From the IMG/VR virus record IMGVR_UViG_3300043184_000220, positions 1 through 29,539 of that record: DNA of 29,539 nucleotides. One strand, 5' to 3'. The translations under genes were made by a program, and so were the position numbers. This DNA comes from a virus (taxonomy: Duplodnaviria; Caudoviricetes). The notes beneath the pieces are model-generated. The model was not told the origin of the DNA. It was given only the letters and a program-made list of their open reading frames with translations, and did no database searches. Positions 14,980 to 24,627 of this stretch are shown here, piece after piece; position 1 is the first letter of the stretch; the number at the start of each line of letters is the position of its first letter.

Positions 14980-15600
14980 ATGGCCGTGCTCCTGAATGCG
15001 CAGCAGACGGTGCAAGGCCTGCAATGCCCCGCGGGCATGGCGGTGTTCGGGCTGGACCGCGCGGCCGAGGCCTTGCTCGCTCAGGGCGGCGGCGGCGTGG
15101 TACTCGGGGCCGATCAAGCGGCGTTCGTGCTCGGCGGGGGCCTGGTGCGCGGCACGATGTACGCGCCGCTGCTGGCCGGCGCTTCGGTGCCCGGCCTGAG
15201 CGCGAACGGCGACCTGACGAGCGCCGTGGACCAGACGCTCGGCGAGCTGCGGATCGTGGTGGACCCGGGCACCGACACCGCAGCGGCCGACGCGCTGCGC
15301 ACCGGCGCCGAAGTGCTGACGGTGCTGCGCGGCGATGCAGCCGAGTCGCCGGAGTACGCAGACGACATCACTTTCCTCTACGGCGTGTGGGTCTCGCAAG
15401 CTGGGGTGGCCGTACCGGCCGACTATGTCGGCGGCGCCTACGTGGTGAATCGTGCCGAGCCGGACCTCGCGAAGTGGGCGGCGCAGATGTTCCGGCTTTC
15501 GATGCCCGTCGCGGGTGTGCGGGCCTTCAGCGTTCACCACGGAATCGGTGCGACGGCGTTGCGCGCGAGCGCGGCGATCGGCGTGCGGACGCTCGCGTGA
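14980..15600 (+). CDS. Hypothetical protein (beta-rich, accessory insert)
   Basis: 206-aa ORF tightly coupled to both neighbours. Confidence 0.7.
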   Translation: MAVLLNAQQTVQGLQCPAGMAVFGLDRAAEALLAQGGGGVVLGADQAAFVLGGGLVRGTMYAPLLAGASVPGLSANGDLTSAVDQTLGELRIVVDPGTDTAAADALRTGAEVLTVLRGDAAESPEYADDITFLYGVWVSQAGVAVPADYVGGAYVVNRAEPDLAKWAAQMFRLSMPVAGVRAFSVHHGIGATALRASAAIGVRTLA

Positions 15601-16457
15601 CGCGCCGCTTGCTCCCCGGCGCCCGGCCGCGCGCGCGGCAGGCTGCAGCGATCTCGTTCCCGTGGATGTGGCTGCCCTTCCACGACGCGGCGTTGACCGG
15701 CTCGCCGACCGCGGCGGCGGACGTGGCCGGGGCCATCAATGCCAACGGCGGCACTCTCGCGTTTCCCGGCGGCTCGCTCTCGCTCAACGGTACGCCCATC
15801 ACCGAATGGAGCGCCAACCGCGGGCGCCTGACGGCCATCGGCGTGCTCCACGCGTTGCCCGTCAGCGCCGCGCTGCAGGCGATGTGCGCGCTGGGCGGGC
15901 TCACCGGCAGCATCGTCTTCGGCTGGGTGATGCGCGCTGCAAGCGACCCGCCGGCGACTCAGAACGTGTTCGCGCCGCTGCGCAGCAACGACAGCTTCGG
16001 CGGCTGGAACGTGAGCATCAGCAGCTCGCGGCGCATCGCGATCGGCTACCGGCCGTTGGCAGGCGGCGCGACCACCACGCTGTTCCAGGGGCCCGTCAAC
16101 GGCGCCTTGTCGCTGACGGACGGCGTGGGCGACATGGCTCATCTGCTCGTCATCACGCCTGGCCCGACGCCTGGCGTGGTGACGTTCAGCCTGTGGATCA
16201 ACGGCGTGTTCGTCGCGTCGGCGCCGAGCTTCGGCACGCTGCCGCCGGTGGACGCCGCTGCGGCCACCGGCATCCTCGCCAACGGCACCGGCGGCTCCGT
16301 TCTGGGCAGCGCCGGCGCGCCCATCGTGATCGACAGCCTGCTGCTCGCCCGCACGCCGGCTGTAGCCTCGGGCGCCCGGCTCGCGAATCTGGTGGCCGGC
16401 CACGCCGCCGCACCGCGGCTGATCCCCGCGCCCGAACTGCTTGCACTGGCGGCCTGA
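15597..16457 (+). CDS. Hypothetical protein, possible LamG/concanavalin-A-like beta-sandwich
   Basis: GTGA overlap start; GWNVSI, HLLVI, SLWINGV, IDSLLL resemble LamG strands. Confidence 0.6.
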   Translation: MTRRLLPGARPRARQAAAISFPWMWLPFHDAALTGSPTAAADVAGAINANGGTLAFPGGSLSLNGTPITEWSANRGRLTAIGVLHALPVSAALQAMCALGGLTGSIVFGWVMRAASDPPATQNVFAPLRSNDSFGGWNVSISSSRRIAIGYRPLAGGATTTLFQGPVNGALSLTDGVGDMAHLLVITPGPTPGVVTFSLWINGVFVASAPSFGTLPPVDAAAATGILANGTGGSVLGSAGAPIVIDSLLLARTPAVASGARLANLVAGHAAAPRLIPAPELLALAA

Positions 16458-16460
16458 GCG

Positions 16461-17856
16461 ATGGCGGCGGACTACTGGATCAGGCGCGACGCTGGCGCCG
16501 ACTACTTCTCGGTGGACGTGCGCTGCACCGTCGCGGGCGATGCCGTCGAGCTGCGCGTGGCGGGGTCGCCGGTGGCGAGCGGCGTGTCGGACCTCGGCGT
16601 GCGAGACGGGCAGGTGTACCTGCGCGCAACCGGTTTGCGGCCGGGTGCACGGGGCGCCGATCGGCGCGCAAGTCGCGCGCACGATGCATCCCACGCGCGT
16701 GACCTACGCGATCGGTTCTTGCGCCGTTCCGACGGACCCTCACGCGATGCTGCGCATGCTGCGCACGATGGACCTCGACGCGTTCGTCTGGAATGGCGAC
16801 TCGCACTACGAAAGCTCTCCGTACACCGCGAACGGCGTCACGACCGTGTCGCTGGCCGCTTCGATCGCCAACAGCGCGGACCCGGCGCTGCGTCGCGACC
16901 ACTATCGGCAGTTCTTCCGCACCCCGGCTGTGCTGGACCTGCTTCAGTCGTGCGCGACGTACCTGCTGCACGGCGATCACGAGATCTGGGACTCGATCCA
17001 AGGTGCGAACCTGCTGCCCAGCTACAACGTTCGCTGGCCGAGCGGCAACTTCGCGCAGGCGCAAGCCGCCTATGCGGTGGCGGTGCAGGCGATCCAGGCC
17101 AATCTCATCGCGCCGCCCCTGCTGTGCACCGACCCCGGTGTCGATACGGTCGCGGGCACGGCGTGGCCGCTGTACTACCGGGCCACGATCGGGCCCGTGG
17201 AGCTGTTCCTGGTGGATGGCTACGCCCAGCGAACGAACAACCTGGCGGCCGACACACCCTCGAAGACGATCTACGGCGAAACGCAGAAAGCCTGGCTGGC
17301 GGCGCGCGTTGCCGCCAGCCAGGCCAGCTACCAGCACCTGATCCTGCCCACCACGTTCGGCCTCGTCGGCGGGAACACCGACACCCATGCGCCGCGCGGC
17401 ACGAACCCGGGCTTTCAGCACGACGCACTGGACCTCGTCTGGCGCCTGCGCGACTTTCCGAACGTGCGCTTCACGAGCGGCGATCAGCATCAAGGTGCGG
17501 TGCAGTACGCCGCGCCCGGGGCGCTGGATGGTCGCCCGGGCGCGCAGGGGCGGGTCGGCTACCCGAGTGTGCTGGCACCTTGTGCGTGCCCGACAGGGCG
17601 GGATGCGAACGACGGCTGGATGACCGGCTACGACACCTGGGTGGCGCACCGGCAAGGCGGCAACGCCGACGAGGCTCCGCGATTCGACGAGTTGGCGATG
17701 CGAACTGCGGAGCTCGTGCAGGTCGACGGTGACCTGACCACGCGCAGCATGCTGCAGACGACCGCGCCGCGCGTGTGGTGGTGGTGCCGCCAGAAACGCG
17801 GCACGCGTGAGCCGCTGTTCGCCGCCGGGCGTCCGACCCTGCCGTGGCGACCATGA
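16461..17856 (+). pseudogene. PhoD-like metallophosphatase, split by a frameshift near 16645-16655
   Basis: N-part in frame of 16461 (...LRATGLRPG); catalytic part in the +1 frame with GSC, GDSHYE, GDHE, LVDGY, YGETQKAWL, SGDQH. Confidence 0.75.
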
Positions 17857-18227
17857 CTTACGCCACCCAATCCGACCTCGAGCTGCGCTTCGGCGCCGCC
17901 GAGCTCGCGCAGCTCACCGACCCGGCGTCGGGCACGACGATCGACGTGGCCGTGGTGGCGCGGGCGCTCGCGGACGCGGACGCGGAGATCGACACGCGCC
18001 TGGCGGGCCGCTACGCGCTGCCGCTGGCCAGCGTGCCGGCGGTGCTGGTACGCATCGCGGCCGACCTGGCGCGCTACTTCCTGTGGGACGTGCACGCGAA
18101 CGAGCAGGTGCGCCACCGCTACCGCGACGCCACGGCGCTGCTGGACAAGATCGGTGCGGGCGCGGTGGAGCTGCCCAACGCGTCGCTGCTCACGCCCGGC
18201 GCTTCGGCCGTGGCGGTGGTGGCGTAG
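17853..18227 (+). CDS. Mu gp36-like head-tail connector (DUF1320); probably truncated by a premature TAG, with homologous-looking frame continuing to 18284
   Basis: MTYAT..DL..RFG..EL.QLTD, ALADADAEID..LAGRY.LPL, ARYFL, RYRDA..LL..I..G. Confidence 0.9.
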   Translation: MTYATQSDLELRFGAAELAQLTDPASGTTIDVAVVARALADADAEIDTRLAGRYALPLASVPAVLVRIAADLARYFLWDVHANEQVRHRYRDATALLDKIGAGAVELPNASLLTPGASAVAVVA

Positions 18228-18312
18228 GCGCCGCCGCGGCAGTTCAGCGCCGAGCTGCTCGACCGCTTCGGCCCGGCGCAGTAGCCGCAAGCCCCGCCAG
18301 GCCGCCCCGACG

Positions 18313-18735
18313 ATGGACGTGACGCCCTTCATCGCCCGCCTGCGCGCGCAGCTGACGGGCTTCGTGCTGATCGCCGGCAGCGCGGATGCGGACGCGGCGC
18401 GGGCGCACGCGCCGGCCACGCCGGCGGCCTACGTCATCCCGCTGGCGGAGAACGCCAGCGGCAGCCGCCTGCTGAGCGTGCACGAGCAGCGGCTCGAGCA
18501 GGAGTTCGGCGTGGTGCTGGTGGTGGCGAACCTTCGGGACGCCACCGGCGCCGCGGCGGCCGTGGAGCTGCACACGCGCCGCCTGGCGGTGCGCTCTGCG
18601 CTGCTGGGCTGGGTGCCCGACACCACCACCGGCGAGCCGGTGGAGTTCACCGGCGGCGCGCTGCTCGAGTTCCGCGAGCAGCGCGTGTGGTGGCAGGACG
18701 AATTCCGCCTCAAGGCGTACATCGGCCGGGCTTGA
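18313..18735 (+). CDS. Tail terminator (gp37-like)
   Basis: I.RL, TPAAYVIPL.E, FGVVLVV, ALLGWVP, WWQDEF. Confidence 0.85.
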   Translation: MDVTPFIARLRAQLTGFVLIAGSADADAARAHAPATPAAYVIPLAENASGSRLLSVHEQRLEQEFGVVLVVANLRDATGAAAAVELHTRRLAVRSALLGWVPDTTTGEPVEFTGGALLEFREQRVWWQDEFRLKAYIGRA

Positions 18736-18752
18736 AGCCGGCAAAGGAACGC

Positions 18753-18953
18753 ATGATGACGAAGACCCGATCCACCGCCGCCGCCGCCCCGGCCGCTGCC
18801 CGGGCGGATACGCCCGCGCCCGCCGAGGCGCCCGCGCGCACGCCGGAGAACACCCCGCTGCCGGGCGGCGGCTCGTGGCGGTGGAATGCCACCGCCGCGG
18901 GCTGGGAGCCCAACCCGCCGCCGCCGGCCGACGAAGCCGCCCCCACTGCCTGA
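18753..18953 (+). CDS. Small hypothetical protein preceding the tail tube gene
   Basis: AAGGA RBS; PGGGSWRW motif. Confidence 0.6.
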   Translation: MMTKTRSTAAAAPAAARADTPAPAEAPARTPENTPLPGGGSWRWNATAAGWEPNPPPPADEAAPTA

Positions 18954-18966
18954 CGAGTGACGAGCC

Positions 18967-19932
18967 ATGCCGCGCTACATCCGCAACACGCTGATCCTCG
19001 CCAAGCCCGAAGCCACGCCAGGCGTCGATGCCGTGCCCTCGGGCGCGGCCGATGCGCTGCTCGTGAGCGACCTCGAGATCACGCCGCTGGACGCGCGGAA
19101 CGTCGATCGCAACCTGATCCGGCCGTACTTCGGCGCGAGCGAGCAGCTCGTCTCCACCGCCAGCGTGCGGTGCAGCTTCACGGTCGAGCTGGCGGGCAGC
19201 GGCGCGGCCGCCACGCCGCCGCAGTGGGGCGACCTGCTGCTGGGCGCGGCGTGCTCCGAGGCGCTGCTGAGTGCGCCCAATCGCGTGGAGTACAAGCCCG
19301 CGAGCACGCTGCTGAAGACGCTCACGATCTACTGGTACGACGACGGCCTGCTGCACAAGCTGCTGGGCGCGATGGCCAACCCGCAGCTGATGGCCAAGGT
19401 GGGCGACAGGCCGATGCTGAAGTTCGACTTCATCGGCCTGGACGGCGGCGCCACCGTCGCCACCTCGCCCGTGCCCACGCTCACCGCCTGGAAGACGCCG
19501 CCGACGATGGCCAAGGCCAACGTGGTGGACATCAGCATCGGCTGCGTCTACGCCGCGGGTGCGCTCTCGGGCGGCAGCAGCGCGATCGCCTCGCAGGGCC
19601 TGGAGCTGGACTTCGGCAACGCGGTGCAGTTCACGCAGCTGCTCTCGCAGGAACGGGTGGACATCACGGACCGCCAGATGACGGGCCGGGTGTCGCTGGA
19701 CCTCACGGCAGCGCAGGAGGTGACCTTCATGAACGCCGTGCGCGCCAACACGCTGCAGAGCATGGGCCTGACGATCGGCACCGCGGCGGGCAACAAGATC
19801 ATCCTCTTCGCCCCGGCGGTGCAGATGATCAACCCGCGTAAGGAGGAGCTGGACGGCTCCCGAATGATCGGCTTCGACCTGCGCTTCACGCCGCTGGCGG
19901 GCAACGACGAGCTGGTGATCGTGACGCAGTAA
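18967..19932 (+). CDS. Major tail tube protein
   Basis: 321 aa; ILAK.E.T.G.D, RNLIRPYFG, FTVELAGSG, VDITDR; upstream of the chaperones and tape measure. Confidence 0.85.
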   Translation: MPRYIRNTLILAKPEATPGVDAVPSGAADALLVSDLEITPLDARNVDRNLIRPYFGASEQLVSTASVRCSFTVELAGSGAAATPPQWGDLLLGAACSEALLSAPNRVEYKPASTLLKTLTIYWYDDGLLHKLLGAMANPQLMAKVGDRPMLKFDFIGLDGGATVATSPVPTLTAWKTPPTMAKANVVDISIGCVYAAGALSGGSSAIASQGLELDFGNAVQFTQLLSQERVDITDRQMTGRVSLDLTAAQEVTFMNAVRANTLQSMGLTIGTAAGNKIILFAPAVQMINPRKEELDGSRMIGFDLRFTPLAGNDELVIVTQ

Positions 19933-19999
19933 GGCGCCGCGGCTCGAACCCTTTCCGTCCCTTCGACCCCTTCTACCCTTTCACCCCGCGGAGCCCGTG

Positions 20000-20347
20000 A
20001 TGGCCTTCAAGCTCGTGATCGCCGATGTCGTCGAGGTGCCGGTGCGCTTCACCACCAAGGACGGCAGCAGCACGGCGAATTTCGCGTTCGTGCTGCTGGC
20101 CAAGCGGCTGCCGGCGCAGGCCTTCCGCGCGCTGGCGGAGGAAGGCGACGGGCGCACCCTCAGGCAGTTCCTGGCCGAGCACGTGATGGGCTGGCGCGGC
20201 CAGCGCCTGGTGGTAGACGACGACGGCCAGCCGGCGGAGTGGTCGCCCGAGGCCTTCGACTGCATGCTGAGCCTGGCCGGCCTGGCGGCGCTGGTGTTCG
20301 AGGCCTACGTGCAGGCCTGCGGCGCCCAGGGGAAGGCAAAAAACTAG
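20000..20347 (+). CDS. Tail assembly chaperone (lambda gpG analogue)
   Basis: Between tube and tape measure genes; ends GCA AAA AAC TAG. Confidence 0.85.
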   Translation: MAFKLVIADVVEVPVRFTTKDGSSTANFAFVLLAKRLPAQAFRALAEEGDGRTLRQFLAEHVMGWRGQRLVVDDDGQPAEWSPEAFDCMLSLAGLAALVFEAYVQACGAQGKAKN

Positions 20348-20814
20348 CGCGCGCCGCCCGCCTGTTGGCGCTGGGCGAACTGGCGGTGGGCGAGGACGAT
20401 GGCGCGCGCAATGCAGCGCAGAACGCAGGCGACGATGAGCACGTGCTCGCCGCGTTCTCGGCGTTCGGGATCGAGCCCGGTGCCGAGCCCGATGTCGGGC
20501 GTGGCCCTGCGCGCGACGAGGCGGTGTTTCACCTCTGGCCCGAGCACGTGCCCGCGGTGGAGCTGTGGGCCGTGGTGCAGACGCAATGGCGGCACGGCTT
20601 CGACGGCCCGACGGGCCTGGACTACGCCGGCGTGCGCGTGGCGCTGGACATGCGCGCGCGGCGGCAGGACATCCCGCGGCGCTTCCGCGAGCTGCAAGTC
20701 ATGGAGCATGCGGCGCTGGCCGCGTGGGCCGAGCGGCGGGCGCAGCGGGCGAGCCGAACCAGTGTGGCGCGTCGATCGCCGGGCCCAAGCGCGCGCCCCG
20801 TGCGGCGCGGCTGA
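20338..20814 (+). CDS. DUF1799-like chaperone extension (gpGT analogue) reached by -1 frameshift
   Basis: Slippery A AAA AAC at 20338-20344; -1 frame has LWPEH..AV.LW..VQTQWR...GPTGLDYAGV. Confidence 0.85.
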   Translation, partial: KKLARAARLLALGELAVGEDDGARNAAQNAGDDEHVLAAFSAFGIEPGAEPDVGRGPARDEAVFHLWPEHVPAVELWAVVQTQWRHGFDGPTGLDYAGVRVALDMRARRQDIPRRFRELQVMEHAALAAWAERRAQRASRTSVARRSPGPSARPVRRG

Positions 20815-20820
20815 GCGCGA

Positions 20821-21006
20821 TCAGCGCCGGGGGTACTCGCCCATGAGCATCAGCGCGAGCTCGAAGGGCGCGGCGACGATGGCGAGCAGCACGAGCGCGA
20901 TCGTGGGCCACCCGAGCCACGGCGGATTGAAGCCGGCCGCGATGCTGACGAACATCAACACCAGCGTGGCCGCGGCGGCGCCGAGCAGGTTCAACGTGAT
21001 GCGCAT
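20821..21006 (-). CDS. Small two-TM membrane protein (counter-oriented accessory gene)
   Basis: 61 aa, two hydrophobic segments; TAGCAT -10 box (21019-21014) 7 nt before the ATG. Confidence 0.65.
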   Translation of the reverse strand: MRITLNLLGAAAATLVLMFVSIAAGFNPPWLGWPTIALVLLAIVAAPFELALMLMGEYPRR

Positions 21007-21036
21007 CGCGGCGATGCTACGCCCGGGAGCGGCGCG

Positions 21037-24000
21037 ATGAGCGACAGGACGCTGGCGCTGCGCCTGGCGGTGCAGAACGGCGCCCGGGCGCAGGCTGAGC
21101 TTGACAAGTTGGGCGAGGGCGCCGCGAAGGTGGGCGAGCGCGTGGCGGACGCGAGCCGCAAGGCCGCCGCCGGCGCCGCGCAGGCACAGGCCGCGATGGG
21201 CCAGACGGGTGCGGCCGCCACGCGCGCCGCCGCGGCGGTGGCAGGCTCCAACCGCGCGATGGTCGATGGCGCCAGCAGCGTGGTGGACGCGCTGGGCTCG
21301 ATCCGCAACATGTGGATGAGTATCGGCGCGCTGGCAGGCCTGGGCATCAGCGCCGCGCAGGTCATCCAGGCCGCGGACGCGGTGACGGTGCTGCGCAACC
21401 GCCTGGCGTTGGCCACCGGCTCCGCGGCGGCGGCGGCGCGTGCCTACGAAGACCTGTTCGCCGTGGCGCAGCGCGCGCGCGTGAGCTTCACGGAGCTCGG
21501 CGCCACCTACGCGACGATGGCGCGCGCCGGGCAGGCGCTGGGCCTCACGCACGAGAAGCTGCTCACGGTGACAGCGGCAGTGGGCAATGCGATGGCGATC
21601 AGCGGCGGCAGCGCGCAGAGCATGCAGGCCGCGCTGGTGCAGCTCGGGCAAGGCATGGCCGCCGGCGTGCTGCGCGGGGAGGAGCTGAACTCCGTCATGG
21701 AGCAGGCGCCGCGCCTGGCCCAAGCGCTGGCCGATGGCCTGGGCGTGCCCATCGGGCAGCTGCGCCGGCTGGGCGAGGAGGGCGAACTCACGTCGCAGCG
21801 CGTGATGGAGGCGCTGACGAAGGCCGCGCCGCAGCTGGCGCGCGAAGTTGAGGGTGCCACGAAGACGGTGGGGCAGGCGTACACCGGACTCGGCAATGCC
21901 ACGACGTACCTCGTCGGCACGGTCGATCAAGCGACGGGCGCGAGCGCGTCGCTGGCATCGATGCTCTCCACGCTTGCCGGCGGGCTGAAGTCGCTCGCCG
22001 ACCTGATCAAGCAGAACGAGACCGCGTTCGGCATCGTGGCCTCGGCGCTGGCCGGCGCGACCGTGATCGTCGCCCTCGGGGTGCTGAAGGCCACGCTGGT
22101 GGCTCTTCTGCCAGTGTTCGGCGCTGTGGCCTTGGCACTGGGCCCGATCGGTGCGGCCGTGGCCGGCATCGCAGCGGGCATCGGCGCCGCGGCTGCGGCC
22201 TTCAGCGCCTTCCGCAACAGTGAGACGGGCCTGCGCAACCGCATCCAGTCGCTCGAGTACGGCGACACGCTGCGCCTGCGCGGGCAGGAGCGGCTGGACG
22301 AGATTGCGCGGCTGAAAGCCGAGCTGGCGAAGGTGCAGGCCGCGAATGCAACGCCCACGCCGGTGGCCGACCTGCGGCGCGTGGAGGCGGGGATCGAAGC
22401 CGCTGAAGCCGCCGCCCGTGAGGCGCAGCTCACCCGCCTGGCGGAGATCAAGAACAAGCTCGGCGGCGTCGATCGGGAGTACATCAAGACGCTGCAAGAC
22501 CTGGCCGCGCTGCGCAACGCCGGCACCCTCGACGAGGCCGAGTACCTGCGCCTGGTGCAGCAGGCCGTCGCGGGCACCTCGGCCGCGAAGGACGCCGCCG
22601 GGAAGCTGGCGCAGGCGCGGCGCGAGGCGGCGGAAGCGGCGCGGCAGCAGGCCGCGGAAGAGCAGGCCGCCACCGCCCGCACCCTGCAAGACCAGATGCG
22701 CGACGAAGAGGGGCTGCGCAAGGCCGTGGCGGCGACGCGCGAGCAGGCGCAGGCGCAGCGCGTGGCGAACGAGGCCACGCTGGACGGCAGCGACGCGGTG
22801 GCGCAGCTCGAGATCGCGCGGCTGGCGGACAACGCGGCCCTGGCGGAGCGCCAGGCGCTGCACGCGATGGAGCGCCTGCAGAACGGGGCCCTGGCCGAGC
22901 TGTACCGCGAGCAGGCGACGGCGTTACGGGATCTGGCGAAGGAACGCGCTGGGGCGTTGTCTGCCGCATCGACCGTGAAAGCCCGCGAGGCCAGCAAGCG
23001 CGCCAACGACGCGCTGGCGGCGGATTGGGAGCGCACGGTCGGCGGCATCGAGCAGTCGCTGAGCGACGCTCTGATGCGCGGCTTCGAGGGCGGCCGGGGC
23101 TTCCTCGACAGCTTCGTCAGCACGGTCAAGTCGGCGTTCCAGACGATGGTGCTGAAGCCGGTCGTGAGTGCCGTCGTGCGGCCGATCGCGGGGGCGGTCG
23201 GGTCGGCCCTCGGCTTGCCGGCGATGGCCGGGCAGGTGGGCGGCGCGGGCGGGGCGCTGGGGCAGCTCGGCGGCCTGGCGCAGATGGGCGGCAGCTTCCT
23301 CGGCAGCCTCTTCGGCTCGGCCGGCGCCTACGGGGCCGCGATCGGCACCACGAGCATCGGCGTCGGCTCGCAGGCCGCCATGCTGGCCGCACAGACAGCC
23401 GAGTTCGGCGCGGCCGGCCTGGCCGCCACGAGCAGCGCCGCGGCGGGCGCGGGCGCCGGCATGTCGTCGATGCTGGCGGCGGCAGGCCCCTACGCCGCCG
23501 CGGCGGCGGCCCTCTACGCCATCTACGACACGTTCAAGCACCGCGCCACGCTTCACAAGGGCAGCCTCGTCGGCATCAGCGCCACGGGCGCGGCGAGCAC
23601 CCTGTACGGGCGCGATCCGCACCGCATCTTGGACAACCTGCTGCCCGAGACGGACGCGGCGCTGCGCGCGCTCGGCGGCGGCACGGTGGGCAGCCTCAAC
23701 GCCTTGTCCGGCGCCTTCGGCGGGCGGGGCGGCTTCGCGGCCGAGCTGGCCTACTCGGCCGACGGCAAAGATGCCTCGATCGGCAGCTACACCGTCACGC
23801 GCGACGGCCGCGTGGTGTCGCGCGTCGGGCCTGCCGGGGACTTCGCGAAGTACAGCAGCGACGCGGCGCAGGGCTACGAAGCCTACGTGCGCGACGTGGC
23901 CGGCGCCACGCGCGAGGCGGTCGATGCGATCGGCCTGCCGGAGTGGGCCCGCGAGCAGTTCGCGAAGCTGGGCGACAGCGCCACGATCGAGCAGTTCGAT

Positions 24001-24627
24001 GCGCTCGCCACGAGCATCGTGCAGTTTCAGCAGGGCCTCAAGAGCATGCAGGGCGCCGTGGCACAGCTCGGCGGGGTGTTCGGCCGCGTGGCGGGGCTCG
24101 GGGGCGACGCGCTCAAGCAGCTCGTGGACTTCGCCGGCGGCCTGGACGCCTTCAGCACGCAGGCGATGGCATACGTGCAGGGCTACTTCGGGCGCGACGA
24201 GATCGCGGCGATCAAGGCCCGCGAGGTGCGCGACGTGCTTGCCGGCGTCGGCATCACGCAAGACCTGAGCACCCGCGATCAGTTCCGCGCGCTGGTGGAG
24301 GGCGCGGATGTCGGCAGCGAAGCCGGCCGGCGGCAGCTGGCGACGCTGCTCGGCGTCAGCGGCAGCTTCGGCGAGATCGCGGATTACCTGGGCGAAACGG
24401 GCGGCACGCTTGGCAGCGCGGCATCGGCAGCCCCCGAGCTGGGCGTGCTCGGCCCGCTGTTCGCCAGCGGCACGAGCCAGCAGGTGGCGGCGACGAACGG
24501 CGTCCGCGAGGCGGTGGACAGCATGCACGGCACGCTGGAGCGGTGGCTCGATCGCATCGGCCGCGCGCCGGTGAGCGGCGGCGGGTTGGACCGCACGACG
24601 CTGCCGACGGAGGTGGACCTGCCATGA
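21037..24627 (+). CDS. Tail tape measure protein
   Basis: 1196 aa, Ala-rich; QLGQGMAAGVLRGEELNSVMEQAPRL tape-measure motif. Confidence 0.93.
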   Translation: MSDRTLALRLAVQNGARAQAELDKLGEGAAKVGERVADASRKAAAGAAQAQAAMGQTGAAATRAAAAVAGSNRAMVDGASSVVDALGSIRNMWMSIGALAGLGISAAQVIQAADAVTVLRNRLALATGSAAAAARAYEDLFAVAQRARVSFTELGATYATMARAGQALGLTHEKLLTVTAAVGNAMAISGGSAQSMQAALVQLGQGMAAGVLRGEELNSVMEQAPRLAQALADGLGVPIGQLRRLGEEGELTSQRVMEALTKAAPQLAREVEGATKTVGQAYTGLGNATTYLVGTVDQATGASASLASMLSTLAGGLKSLADLIKQNETAFGIVASALAGATVIVALGVLKATLVALLPVFGAVALALGPIGAAVAGIAAGIGAAAAAFSAFRNSETGLRNRIQSLEYGDTLRLRGQERLDEIARLKAELAKVQAANATPTPVADLRRVEAGIEAAEAAAREAQLTRLAEIKNKLGGVDREYIKTLQDLAALRNAGTLDEAEYLRLVQQAVAGTSAAKDAAGKLAQARREAAEAARQQAAEEQAATARTLQDQMRDEEGLRKAVAATREQAQAQRVANEATLDGSDAVAQLEIARLADNAALAERQALHAMERLQNGALAELYREQATALRDLAKERAGALSAASTVKAREASKRANDALAADWERTVGGIEQSLSDALMRGFEGGRGFLDSFVSTVKSAFQTMVLKPVVSAVVRPIAGAVGSALGLPAMAGQVGGAGGALGQLGGLAQMGGSFLGSLFGSAGAYGAAIGTTSIGVGSQAAMLAAQTAEFGAAGLAATSSAAAGAGAGMSSMLAAAGPYAAAAAALYAIYDTFKHRATLHKGSLVGISATGAASTLYGRDPHRILDNLLPETDAALRALGGGTVGSLNALSGAFGGRGGFAAELAYSADGKDASIGSYTVTRDGRVVSRVGPAGDFAKYSSDAAQGYEAYVRDVAGATREAVDAIGLPEWAREQFAKLGDSATIEQFDALATSIVQFQQGLKSMQGAVAQLGGVFGRVAGLGGDALKQLVDFAGGLDAFSTQAMAYVQGYFGRDEIAAIKAREVRDVLAGVGITQDLSTRDQFRALVEGADVGSEAGRRQLATLLGVSGSFGEIADYLGETGGTLGSAASAAPELGVLGPLFASGTSQQVAATNGVREAVDSMHGTLERWLDRIGRAPVSGGGLDRTTLPTEVDLP

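Noticed and set aside
16700-17732. Remainder of the 423-aa ORF 16461..17732 as a real protein
   Set aside because: Composition becomes non-protein-like after about residue 65, while the +1 frame carries the PhoD motifs
19945-19990. Repeated CCCTT units (and a C-rich tract at 13205-13238) as a functional repeat or G-quadruplex
   Set aside because: Short, irregular C-rich spacers directly before RBSs; more simply unstructured translation-initiation regions
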